In this document: positions 30,809-40,626 of the stretch, piece by piece | Numbering within the stretch: position 1 is the first letter of the stretch | How the letters are laid out: each line of letters starts with the position of its first letter | Source of the DNA: an uncultured archaeon | Lineage (GTDB): Archaea > Asgardarchaeota > Lokiarchaeia > Sigyniarchaeales > SOKP01 | Reading direction: 5' to 3' | DNA length: 60,529 nucleotides | Assembly: GCA_964388035.1 (NCBI GenBank) | Contig: CAYLZE010000019.1 | Location: forward strand, 1 to 60,529 | Translations under genes and position numbers: made by a program | The notes under the pieces: generated by a model | Database searches by the model: none | Told to the model about the DNA's origin: nothing | The model's input: the letters and a program-made list of their open reading frames with translations, nothing else

Positions 30809-31314
30809 TAGGAACTGTTATCAAATATGAACAAGCAAATATTAATACGGATTTAATTATCCCTGCTAGATATTTAATAAAGTCAGATCCTGTTTTTTTA
30901 GCAGAGCATTGCATGGAAGATCTGGATCCCCATTTTCTTAGGAAAAAGAAACTATTGGGCGCCGAAATCTTAGTAGGAGGCCCCAATTTTGGCAGTGGTT
31001 CTAGTCGAGAACAAGCACCTCTTGCGTTAAAAACGTGTGGCGTGAAATGTATCATCGCACCTCATTTTGCTCGGATTTTTCTTAGAAATTCCATCAATAT
31101 TGGATTGCCTATCTTAGAATTTGATAAAATTGGAGAATTAAATGAAGGAGATCGATTAGAAATAGATTTTGAGAAAGGTATTTTATCTAATCTAACCTCG
31201 AATAGGACCTATAATATAAAGAAGCTACCCCGATTTGTCCAAGAAATTATCGATTCGGGGGGATTAATTAATTTTGGAAGAAAAAAAATTCTAACCGAAA
31301 TAAATAAGAATTAA
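30805..31314 (+). CDS. leuD: 3-isopropylmalate dehydratase-family small subunit
   Basis: [30 protein letters not shown]; ATGA overlap with the large subunit. Confidence 0.9.
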   Translation: MIGTVIKYEQANINTDLIIPARYLIKSDPVFLAEHCMEDLDPHFLRKKKLLGAEILVGGPNFGSGSSREQAPLALKTCGVKCIIAPHFARIFLRNSINIGLPILEFDKIGELNEGDRLEIDFEKGILSNLTSNRTYNIKKLPRFVQEIIDSGGLINFGRKKILTEINKN

Positions 31315-31368
31315 AATTATCCTTGATTAGTTAAAAAATAACTCACTATTTAATAAAATTATATTAAT

Positions 31369-31887
31369 ATGAGATTTAAAAAACTAATAATAGTTATTTT
31401 TACTTGCTTCTTACTTTTACCATATTCGGTTGTTTTTGCATATAGAAACGTTGAAAAGATAACGGACCTGAGATCAGCATTCTTTTTGGTGAATTTAAAT
31501 AAAGGGGATACGTTAATCGTAACTGTAGACTCATTAGAAGGTGGAAACTATGCCTTATTTCTCTTTGATAAGCGTCCTGAAGAGACTCACGTGAATTTCG
31601 ATGGGACGCTCGACCCTGCTATTTATAGTGAATCTATTCAACACAGCCAAGGAAAGAAACCCATATTAAAATATACCGCTGAAGAGAACAAAATCTATTA
31701 CATTCAACTCATTCTCTTGAGTGGTGGTCCCGACACTTACATTCTTGAATCAAATAAAGAGTTATCAAGATATTACTTGCCTCAATTAGCCGGATACAAT
31801 ATCGAAATTCTAATTATTTCAACCCTTTTGATTGCAAGTATAATATTTATAATGAACAGAAAAAGGTTCATTAAAAGGGAAATTTAA
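31369..31887 (+). CDS. Exported/surface protein with signal peptide and Loki-CTERM-like C-terminal anchor
   Basis: MRFKK plus hydrophobic VFA signal; beta-rich body; LAGYN plus TM plus RKR tail. Confidence 0.7.
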   Translation: MRFKKLIIVIFTCFLLLPYSVVFAYRNVEKITDLRSAFFLVNLNKGDTLIVTVDSLEGGNYALFLFDKRPEETHVNFDGTLDPAIYSESIQHSQGKKPILKYTAEENKIYYIQLILLSGGPDTYILESNKELSRYYLPQLAGYNIEILIISTLLIASIIFIMNRKRFIKREI

Positions 31888-32151
31888 CCCTTTTGTAATT
31901 GTTTTTTTTATATTTCTTCTATCTTATTTTATCTGTTATTTTTTCCTTCCTCCAAACATGGATTTTTTTGATAATTATTGGTATATAAATAATAGTGAAT
32001 TTTGATCTTTTGCTCCTAAAAATATGGGAGAAATGCTAAATAATGTCTCAAATCGGTGATCCTTGATCAATTTTGAACAGTCAATTTTAAATTTTACCAA
32101 AGCATTCCTTACCTATCATATTATAAATAAATTAAAAAAGAAGAGAAAATC

Positions 32152-33354
32152 ATGTCTTTTGATGAGTTATCTAAGAAATTAGCCGAATTTATGAAGGATA
32201 CGGAAGAATTGGAATTGAAAGATGTAGATTTATTTGCCGAATATTTGGAATATCAAATGTTGCCCCAAATGGTAGTAGCTGCTGCTCAGGCCGCGGGATT
32301 GCCAGGTGCAGCCCAATTAGGTAAAGCAGAATGGACTCCTTCTAAATTCAAGTTAGATTTGGAATATCCCGGCGAAATTGCGACGATCCAATTCATTCGT
32401 TCGAAAGGAAAAACTTGCACGATTGGTGGCGAGAAAGTGCCGCCCTTTTATAACTTTCTAGGATTAAGTAAAAAAAATCCAAATCCTCCTTTAGTTACGT
32501 ATGACGTCTTTGATATGGGAAGTGAAATGATGCTTCCAAAACCCATCAAGGAGGAATACAAGGAGGTATTGGCAAATCCAGCAGAATGGGCTAAATTCGC
32601 AGTGGATAAATTTGGCGCAGAATGTGTCACGTTTCACTCTTTAGGAATCGATCCTGGCACCTTGGATTGGCCGATTTCTAAATCAAGACAACTTTTTGAA
32701 GAAATCCTCCAAGCAGTAGACGTTCCCGTAATTATCGGTTGTTCGGGAAACAAAAAGAAAGATGTTGAAATGTTTACAGAGCTTGCTGCTATCTCGGAGG
32801 GTGATGTGCTAATGCTTTCTGCAGCAGATAAGGCTACTTGGGAAGAAGTCGTTCCATTAGCGGTAAAATTTGACCATAATTGCCTTTTATGGACAAGTTT
32901 AGATTTAAACAACCAGATCAAGATGAACAAAGATGCTATAGAACTGGGGTTGGCCAGAAATCGCATTGTAATGGATCCTACATGTGCAACGCTTGGCTAT
33001 GGAATGGAATATTCATTCTCCATTTACCAGCGCATGCGGGTGGCGGGCTTGCTAGGAGAACAAGATTTAGCATATCCCATAAGTGGTGGAACCACCAATG
33101 CTTGGGGAGCAAGAGAAGCATGGATGAGTGAAAAGCAAGTTCCAGATTGGGGTCTAAGGGAATATAGAGGACCCATGTGGGAAATTCTAAATGCTCTAAG
33201 TTTGAGCTTAGTTGGATTAGATTTAGCGATGATGTTTCATCCTGTTGCTGCGAAAGCGCTCAAGGATATCACTACCCAATTCTTTGCAGAGATTCCTAAA
33301 GTTTTGGAAGATAAAGGATATTATGATTGGGTATCAGCTAAATTAAAACGTTAA
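32152..33354 (+). CDS. cdhD: CO dehydrogenase/acetyl-CoA synthase delta subunit (corrinoid Fe-S protein small subunit)
   Basis: IGGEKVPPF, PVIIGCSGN, IVMDP..ATLGYGMEY, NAWGAREAW, MMFHP. Confidence 0.92.
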   Translation: MSFDELSKKLAEFMKDTEELELKDVDLFAEYLEYQMLPQMVVAAAQAAGLPGAAQLGKAEWTPSKFKLDLEYPGEIATIQFIRSKGKTCTIGGEKVPPFYNFLGLSKKNPNPPLVTYDVFDMGSEMMLPKPIKEEYKEVLANPAEWAKFAVDKFGAECVTFHSLGIDPGTLDWPISKSRQLFEEILQAVDVPVIIGCSGNKKKDVEMFTELAAISEGDVLMLSAADKATWEEVVPLAVKFDHNCLLWTSLDLNNQIKMNKDAIELGLARNRIVMDPTCATLGYGMEYSFSIYQRMRVAGLLGEQDLAYPISGGTTNAWGAREAWMSEKQVPDWGLREYRGPMWEILNALSLSLVGLDLAMMFHPVAAKALKDITTQFFAEIPKVLEDKGYYDWVSAKLKR

Positions 33355-33468
33355 TCAAGGAAAAAGCTATTTCTTCTTTTTATTTTTATCTTTTTTTTAA
33401 ATTTATTCCTTTCTATTTTATAGAGGTTAAATAATTTAGAATATATTTTTAGAAATCAAATTCTAAAA

Positions 33469-34965
33469 TCATTGAACTTCTTGTAATACGATTACAAAAT
33501 TAGAACCGGCAGTATAATCTCCTTCTTCTCTATTTTCAACCCAGACTTTACCGCCGAAGGAGACCATGAGTTCTAAAACTAACGATAAGCCGATCCCCAT
33601 CCCTTTTCCTCCTTTAATCCCTTTTTGTCCTTTTTGAAAGATTAGTTTTTTCTGCTCATCCAAGATGCCAATTCCATTATCCAAGAATTCAAGTTTGACT
33701 AGCTGCTTGGAATCTTCAATAGATTCGGATATTTTTATTTCTATTTGTACTAAATTATTGTAATTATAATTTGTAGCATTCAAAAAGAAATTATCAAATA
33801 TGTCAATCAATAATTCATTTGCTTGTACAAAAATGGCTTTTTTAGGCCAATCAATTTCTATTTTAACTTCCTTATTATGAGGTGCATTTAAAAAGTTTTT
33901 AATTGCTAAAGCTAAATATTCAAGTATATTAATTTTTTCGAGGTTTAATCCTTTTTCTTCTATAACTGTGAGCTTTCTTATATTATTAACCAAGCAGCTG
34001 CCTCTAATTACTTGTTCCTCAATCAATTTCATAATTCTCTTTAATTTGGGGGAAAAATTATCCTCTTGGAAATAAGGATTAGCCAGTTCGAGGGATGAGC
34101 TTATCACTTGTAAAATATTACTCATATCATGAGTAAAAATATCTTTATACAGATCGGCTCTGTTATATGCCTCTTTATATTGTTCTTCAGAAACTTTTAA
34201 CTTTCTATAAAGTAAATCCAAGGGATTACTAAATCCAATTTCTACAATCGCTTTATAAATGAGATAAAACGCTACAATCTTGAGGAGATGCCCTATTAAA
34301 TTAAATTCATCATAAACACTTATATATTGCGTGAAAAAAAAATCTGAAAACATGGATACTACAAGGCTTAATGATAAGAAGAGATAAACGCTCCTATCAA
34401 AAGCTTCTTTGAAATGATGTAGACCGAGCAAGGATATAAAAAGAATTGCGATAATAACATATTCACTTATTATTTTAAATGGTGTTAATCCTTGACTTTC
34501 TATATAGGCGGAGGGAAAATAACCCAAAAAAATAATTGTTACTAAGAAAAATGTAAAGAAAAAAAATATAAGAAATACTAGATACACGTTTACTTTTCTA
34601 TTAATGAAAAATAAGGCGATAATAAAGGATACTGCTTGCATAAATCGGGCTACAACCCAAAATTGAGTCGGCAAATCAGCAGTATATCCTAAAATAATGT
34701 TCATTCCTTTATAGGTTAGAGTGTGGATTAGATCAATGGCGCTCACATGAAGAGAAGCAATGCCTAATACCAAAAAGAAATGATTTTCAATATTTTTTCT
34801 TGCATTCCAAGCAATAATAAATATTACTATTCCAATAATTATGCTCAATAATTCAGCGGTGACGTGAAAAAGGAGGTAATTATAAAAATGGAAGCTATAA
34901 ATTGCTAACAAGACTAATACGTATATAATGAATTCAATTACCTTTTTCTTATTACTTACCATCAT
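33469..34965 (-). CDS. MASE3-domain sensor histidine kinase
   Basis: NYLLFHVTAEL, HTLTYKGM, LTPFKIISEY (MASE3); THDMSN H-box; DNGIG; GMGIGL. Confidence 0.92.
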   Translation of the reverse strand: MMVSNKKKVIEFIIYVLVLLAIYSFHFYNYLLFHVTAELLSIIIGIVIFIIAWNARKNIENHFFLVLGIASLHVSAIDLIHTLTYKGMNIILGYTADLPTQFWVVARFMQAVSFIIALFFINRKVNVYLVFLIFFFFTFFLVTIIFLGYFPSAYIESQGLTPFKIISEYVIIAILFISLLGLHHFKEAFDRSVYLFLSLSLVVSMFSDFFFTQYISVYDEFNLIGHLLKIVAFYLIYKAIVEIGFSNPLDLLYRKLKVSEEQYKEAYNRADLYKDIFTHDMSNILQVISSSLELANPYFQEDNFSPKLKRIMKLIEEQVIRGSCLVNNIRKLTVIEEKGLNLEKINILEYLALAIKNFLNAPHNKEVKIEIDWPKKAIFVQANELLIDIFDNFFLNATNYNYNNLVQIEIKISESIEDSKQLVKLEFLDNGIGILDEQKKLIFQKGQKGIKGGKGMGIGLSLVLELMVSFGGKVWVENREEGDYTAGSNFVIVLQEVQ

Positions 34966-35124
34966 TTTTAGTTGACTTTCCTAAAAATACTCATTCATTA
35001 ATTCATAAAGCCCTTTATAACATTGGACAAAATTAGAACATTAGAATTAATCATATTTGATATTGATATCGTTCTAATATAAATATCTTACTTTATAATA
35101 TTTAATTTTTAATAATATAAAGAG

Positions 35125-36876
35125 ATGGATATATCTTTTTTTTTTGGATTTTCATATTTATGTTTTTTCGCTTGCATGATTTATTACTTTTTAAATCGTT
35201 CACGGGGAAACAATAAATTTAACAAGCCATCTATACTATTGTTTAGCTTTCGAATCGGTATAATATTTTGCTATACTTTCATTGTTTTCCTTTTCATTTC
35301 GAATATTAAGCAGATTTATCGCAAAATATATGATATGGAATCCTTGGTATTGATTAATGGGGCAATGTTTGTAATTTTCGTGTCCGTGGTTTTCCTTGCT
35401 TTTTCCTTGAAACATTCCAGGGAATATTTCTTTAAATTACCTTATCCCTCTCGCTCAGAAAGCCGTAGAGGCTCGATAAAATTAGGAAAAATTTTATATA
35501 AAAACCATAAGAAGTATAATTTTTATTTAGATCTTGAAGATCTCACCCAACACATGTTTATCTGCGGCATCACCGGCTCGGGAAAAAGCAATCTCGTGCA
35601 ACATTTTCTCTTAAAGTTTACGCGTAAACATTCCCTTCCCTTTTTATTGGCGGAATTCAAGGGAGAATATCAATTTTTGCAGGAGAGAATCCCCAATTTG
35701 CTCATCTTAAAACCGGGAGAAAACTTCAGCATCAATATGTTCAACCCCGAAGGAGCGGATGCCCAAGTGCATGCGGAGCGTATCTTCCAAATATTCGAAT
35801 CGGGGGGGATATTTGATGGCATTGAATATAGCCCTCAAATGGAAAGGGTGTTCGTGGATATTTTGAATAAAGTATGCAACAAAAAGGAGAATAGAAATTG
35901 GACGCACTTTCAGGAAATTTGCCGGTACAACAGGAACCATTCCAAGGATCCCACCCTGGAAAAAAGCATCCAAGCCATAGAAAACCGAATTAGACGATAT
36001 AACATTGGTACCTTGAAAAAAATTTTTAGTACCGAAAGCATGATGGGTGCCAGGAGCTTATTTAATCATAACATTCTACTAGATTTGAGTTCTATCATCC
36101 GTTTGGGAGGAGAAAAACAAGATGCTCTCTTTTTTCTGAACATGGTGCTGAAATACCTATGGGATAAAAATGTTTCCGAAGGAAGTGAAGATTATAATGG
36201 AATACGACACATGACCATCATAGAAGATGCCCAATATTTTGCTCCGGAAAGGGGGGGTGAAAAAGTACGACTGAGTACTTACTTGGAGGATATAGCATTA
36301 TTGCTACGAGGGACGGGAGAATGTCTCATATCTCTTGCTACACGTCCAAATATTAGTAGAGAGATTCTAGCCAACTGTGGCATCTTGGCGTGTTTTCAGA
36401 CCCATTTACAAAAAGATACAATGGTAGAACTGCTTAATCTCCAAGAAGATCGAAAAGAGTATCTCTCAATGCTAAAAAAGGGTGTGTGCATTGTAAGGGT
36501 CAATTCAATAGAGTACCCATTTGTCCTTAAAATTCCACATATTAAACGAAACTGGATATCAAGGGAGATTATAGAGAAAAATAATCAGAGCATGTTAGAG
36601 GAGCATTTAAGCTTGATGAAAAAAAAACACAAAAACAAAAAATATCGATTATCTGAAAAATTCATTCCTACGCAATTTCGAGAAAATCTTATCGATCATG
36701 GAAAAACAGAAAAAAGTAATACTGAATCCGAATCGGAAAGAAATTTCTGCAGCATATGTGGTCGTGAAATAACAACCGGTTGCAAATATTGCGCCACTTG
36801 TATCTCCATCACCGAAGCAGAAGAAAGAGAGATTAAAAAATTGGAATATTTCTTAGAGAAAATAGTTAAAGAGTAG
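35125..36876 (+). CDS. Membrane-anchored HerA/FtsK-superfamily ATPase (DUF87) with C-terminal Zn ribbon
   Basis: Three N-terminal TMs; QHMFICGITGSGKS; IIEDAQ; ATRP; CSIC..CKYCATC. Confidence 0.82.
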   Translation: MDISFFFGFSYLCFFACMIYYFLNRSRGNNKFNKPSILLFSFRIGIIFCYTFIVFLFISNIKQIYRKIYDMESLVLINGAMFVIFVSVVFLAFSLKHSREYFFKLPYPSRSESRRGSIKLGKILYKNHKKYNFYLDLEDLTQHMFICGITGSGKSNLVQHFLLKFTRKHSLPFLLAEFKGEYQFLQERIPNLLILKPGENFSINMFNPEGADAQVHAERIFQIFESGGIFDGIEYSPQMERVFVDILNKVCNKKENRNWTHFQEICRYNRNHSKDPTLEKSIQAIENRIRRYNIGTLKKIFSTESMMGARSLFNHNILLDLSSIIRLGGEKQDALFFLNMVLKYLWDKNVSEGSEDYNGIRHMTIIEDAQYFAPERGGEKVRLSTYLEDIALLLRGTGECLISLATRPNISREILANCGILACFQTHLQKDTMVELLNLQEDRKEYLSMLKKGVCIVRVNSIEYPFVLKIPHIKRNWISREIIEKNNQSMLEEHLSLMKKKHKNKKYRLSEKFIPTQFRENLIDHGKTEKSNTESESERNFCSICGREITTGCKYCATCISITEAEEREIKKLEYFLEKIVKE

Positions 36877-36949
36877 ATAATTAATAGAATAAAAATATAA
36901 TTAAAAGTTTCAAATCAAGAATTTGTTTAAAAACTAAACCGCGAAGCTA

Positions 36950-37186
36950 CTACATTTTTCTAATTTTAATAAAATAATCATCCCCTAGAATTTGAAAATC
37001 AACAACTACATCGCCTTGTTTTTCAACAAATCTTTTGATATTTTCTCCTGCCTCGGGGAAATCTCCTTTTATTTCAAGAATTTCACCGCTTGCCATCTCT
37101 TTTAACATTCTTTTCGTTTTAGCTACGGGTTGTGGACAGACTAATCCACTACAATCTAATTTTCTTAGTTCTATCAAAATAATCAC
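36950..37186 (-). CDS. TusA/SirA-family sulfur carrier
   Basis: LDCSGLVCPQP. Confidence 0.9.
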   Translation of the reverse strand: MIILIELRKLDCSGLVCPQPVAKTKRMLKEMASGEILEIKGDFPEAGENIKRFVEKQGDVVVDFQILGDDYFIKIRKM

Positions 37187-37195
37187 CCATTCGGA

Positions 37196-37555
37196 TTAAG
37201 TAAAAAGGATATTATCGGCTTCTTCGCACATTTCCAAGAATCCGTTCATGGTGGTTTTTTTTATGCCATCCATTAATTCCTCCTCGGACATTCCACGAGC
37301 TTTCATGCAGACTCCACAAGCTAATACTTTTGCCCCCTCATCTATCACGTCCTTAAGCCATTCCCCCACGTTATCATAGTTACTAGGGTCTTGGCCTTTT
37401 TTTCCTACCCAAATTCCATCTTCCACAAGAAATATATTTACGTTATATCCTTCTAAAAGGGCAGTATAAGCAAACCGGAGCATTGTATATGGTCTTTCTT
37501 TTGTGTATTGTCCAGAACCAATAGCTATGGTGAAGGTTTTCTTCTTTTCTGACAT
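37196..37555 (-). CDS. DsrE/TusD-family sulfur relay protein
   Basis: IFLVEDG, ACGVCMKARG. Confidence 0.9.
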   Translation of the reverse strand: MSEKKKTFTIAIGSGQYTKERPYTMLRFAYTALLEGYNVNIFLVEDGIWVGKKGQDPSNYDNVGEWLKDVIDEGAKVLACGVCMKARGMSEEELMDGIKKTTMNGFLEMCEEADNILFT

Positions 37556-37618
37556 TTTAGTTGCGAATTTGATCTTATTTATTTCTATTAACTTAAATAA
37601 TTTCCAATTATATATTAA

Positions 37619-37653
37619 TTTTTTCGAAATAATTTATTTATTTTTTCGAAATA
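37619..37653. promoter_or_regulatory. Paired TTTTCGAAATA sites between the divergent dsrE and lysR genes
   Basis: Direct repeat of palindromic TTTCGAAA with a 22-bp period. Confidence 0.5.
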
Positions 37654-37740
37654 CAAATAAATAGGATCTTTACCTTTAAGATCTTGACGAGTTTTTGAAA
37701 ATATTAAATAATAAAAAGGGATATTTTTTAAAAGTAAACC

Positions 37741-38637
37741 ATGAGAATCGAATATTTGCGCACTTTCATAAAATTATGTGAATATAAAAGTTTCTCAAAA
37801 TTGGCAGAGGATCTGAATATTTCTCAAAGCACCTTATCGCATAGAATTTCTCAGTTAGAAGAGGAATTTGCGAATGTTATTTTGATTGAAAGAACAACAA
37901 AAAAGTTTGAATTAACCCACGCAGGTGAGATACTATTGGATCATGCCAAAAAAATATTAGCTTTATATGATACGTGTGAACAAGAAATATTGAAATATAG
38001 CAAACAACATGTAGCAACAATCACCATTAGTGCCTCTACTTTGCCGGGTTCTCATATTCTACCAAAATTCATCACCAATTTTAAAAGTAAATATCCCAAT
38101 GTTGATTTTAAAATAATTATTAATAATTCCAGACAATCTATTGACTTTTTGAAAAAAGATGTAGTAGATTTTGCAGGAGTAGGTGGTTTAATGGATGAGA
38201 AAGAAGATTTATTTGATATTAAAATTATTTATGAGGATGAATTAGTTTTCATATGCTCACCTAAACATGAAATAGTCACTATTAAAAACAAACAAATAAG
38301 CTTAAATGACTTATTTTCCTATCCTTTCATTACTAGAGAGGAAGGTTCAGGTACACGTAAGGTATTTGAACTGAATTTCGAGAAATATGAAAATTTAAAA
38401 CAAAAATTAGTAATTAATGATAATAATAGCATTATAACTGCAGTAAGTAACTCAGATTATATCTCAATAATGAGTGAAATAATTGCTAAAAAATCCGAAG
38501 ATGCGGGATTAATAACGATCTTTCGCATTAAAGAATATCCCGTTATCGCTAAAAGGAAAATATATTTCTTAAAACGAAAAGGAAAAGTTATTGAAGATTT
38601 AAAAAATAGATTTTGGGAACATATAAACATGGTATGA
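37741..38637 (+). CDS. LysR-family transcriptional regulator (CysL / selenium-associated type)
   Basis: SFSKLAEDLNISQSTLSHRISQLE, ASTLPG, REEGSGTR. Confidence 0.92.
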   Translation: MRIEYLRTFIKLCEYKSFSKLAEDLNISQSTLSHRISQLEEEFANVILIERTTKKFELTHAGEILLDHAKKILALYDTCEQEILKYSKQHVATITISASTLPGSHILPKFITNFKSKYPNVDFKIIINNSRQSIDFLKKDVVDFAGVGGLMDEKEDLFDIKIIYEDELVFICSPKHEIVTIKNKQISLNDLFSYPFITREEGSGTRKVFELNFEKYENLKQKLVINDNNSIITAVSNSDYISIMSEIIAKKSEDAGLITIFRIKEYPVIAKRKIYFLKRKGKVIEDLKNRFWEHINMV

Positions 38638-38689
38638 TCATTACTTTAAAAAGAATCCAGAATTCCACTAAGGCTTTTCAATTTATCTC

Positions 38690-39733
38690 CTAAATTTCCT
38701 TCACGGAAAAATCCTTGATGACTGATTTTTCAAAATTGAGGTCTCTAAAATATATCCTAAACTGATTTAAATGTTTTTCTATATCTGAAAATCTACGAAT
38801 TTCTGTATCTTTTCCAAGGATTTTTTCGATAGCTTTTTCGATCTCTTGAATATCGAATTGAATCTCTTTAATCTCATGGGCTTTTTCTTTAAGTTGTTCA
38901 TCCCAAGGTATTAATTTAGGCAATGAATTTAAACCTCTCTCGTTCCAATGGATTTTATTTTTGAATTCCTCGGTTAAAGGTTTTAATTCCTTGGAATCCC
39001 AAGTCTTAACCTCCCAAGGAGATAAATCTTCCATTTTTTCAATATTAGAGTTAGTTTCCTTATCCCATTCATATTGATGCATCCAGTTCGCGACGATAAG
39101 AGCGTGATAATTGCTAATATCTTCTAGAGCAAAAAATTCCCAAGGAGTTTCACTAAATTCATCATTCCAAAAATCTTCATGGTTATCATGTTGAAAATGA
39201 TATCCTATCTTACTTAACTCGTGCTTTACAGGGTCTTTCTTGAAATAAATTTCAATCTGAGTAATATCAAGGGTATCCTCGAGAATTTGATCATGATATA
39301 ATTTAAGTAATATATCTTTTCCTTTATTAGGATGAACTTTTCCAGAAAAAATAGGGTAATAGGTCAAGCAATAATAACATTCTTCTTGATTTTTCAAGAT
39401 TTCATGTATTTCTATCCAACATTCAATTGGTTTTATATTCACTCGAGATTTAAGATAACTTCTTAAAAAAGTGGGGATTAATAGAACAGAAAAGATGATT
39501 AAGAATAAGAATAGAATAAAATAATAGACATCTTGGGCAAAAAAAAAGATCCAAGACACGATACATGAGATGAGTGCTGCTAATAATATGAAAATCCCCA
39601 ATAGGGAAGATTTTGAACCGTGTTCCTTTTCTTTGGTAGAATATTTAATGATGGGAGCATTATCTACAAGAAGATTAATTCCATATTGGGAAATAAATTC
39701 ACCAATATCACTTTCCATCCAGTTCTTTTGCAT
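38690..39733 (-). CDS. Hypothetical protein with two N-terminal TM helices
   Basis: 347-aa ORF; no motif recognised. Confidence 0.7.
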   Translation of the reverse strand: MQKNWMESDIGEFISQYGINLLVDNAPIIKYSTKEKEHGSKSSLLGIFILLAALISCIVSWIFFFAQDVYYFILFLFLIIFSVLLIPTFLRSYLKSRVNIKPIECWIEIHEILKNQEECYYCLTYYPIFSGKVHPNKGKDILLKLYHDQILEDTLDITQIEIYFKKDPVKHELSKIGYHFQHDNHEDFWNDEFSETPWEFFALEDISNYHALIVANWMHQYEWDKETNSNIEKMEDLSPWEVKTWDSKELKPLTEEFKNKIHWNERGLNSLPKLIPWDEQLKEKAHEIKEIQFDIQEIEKAIEKILGKDTEIRRFSDIEKHLNQFRIYFRDLNFEKSVIKDFSVKEI

Positions 39734-39805
39734 ATATTATTAAAAAATATTCATGTTCAATAAATCATTTTTCTTAATAGATTCTAATTTGATTGTATAT
39801 AGAAA

Positions 39806-40507
39806 ATGAAAAAGGCATTGCAAAAAGTTGCTATGGGTACGATATCTATTAGAAAATGTCGTAAGGAAGATAAGGAGGGAATTATAGAGGTGTGTTATCA
39901 CACGGGATATATGGGAGAGGATGCGCAACCCTATTTTTCAGATAAAAAATTATTCGGATTATTATTTTGTTCATATTACCCTATTTATGAACCATTCAAT
40001 TGTTTTGTGGCAGAAATTTCTATTAAAAACCAGAAAAAAATTGTAGGATATGTACTATCTTCCCTTGATTCAAAAGTTCAAGAAAAAATTTATAAATCTA
40101 GATTTTTATGGAAAATCATAATGCGATTGTTCTTCGTTTCTCTTTGGTTTCATTTAGGTGACTTTTTATTAGTCATGCGATACATTCTTCATCGATGGCT
40201 ACTTAAACCAGCTTCAAATCATAACATTCCTATTGAAAAAGGATATCCTGCCCATTTACATATTGATGTATTGGAACCCTATCAACATCAAGGTATTGGT
40301 ACAAAATTAATCCGCGTCTTGGAAAGTCATCTCAGGATCCATCACATAAGAGGAGTGTATTTAGGGACGAGTGAAAAAAATTATAAAGCGGTTAAATTCT
40401 ACAAGAAATCGAGGTATAAACTTTTAAAAATACAGTCAGGATTAAACTTCTGGCCGGGATCATCATCTGTTAGATCCTATTGTTTTGGAAAAAAAATATA
40501 TCCATAG
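39806..40507 (+). CDS. GNAT-family acetyltransferase
   Basis: YPAHLHIDVL..YQHQGIGTKL, N..AVKFYKK. Confidence 0.88.
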   Translation: MKKALQKVAMGTISIRKCRKEDKEGIIEVCYHTGYMGEDAQPYFSDKKLFGLLFCSYYPIYEPFNCFVAEISIKNQKKIVGYVLSSLDSKVQEKIYKSRFLWKIIMRLFFVSLWFHLGDFLLVMRYILHRWLLKPASNHNIPIEKGYPAHLHIDVLEPYQHQGIGTKLIRVLESHLRIHHIRGVYLGTSEKNYKAVKFYKKSRYKLLKIQSGLNFWPGSSSVRSYCFGKKIYP

Positions 40508-40626
40508 TTTTACTTTTAAAATAAAACCATATTTTTATTTTTTTCTCCAATCTTTTAGACTTATGAAAAATCTAAAAATTCAAGCAGTTTACAGATTTTT
40601 ATTATAAACAAACTTGAGAATAAATA

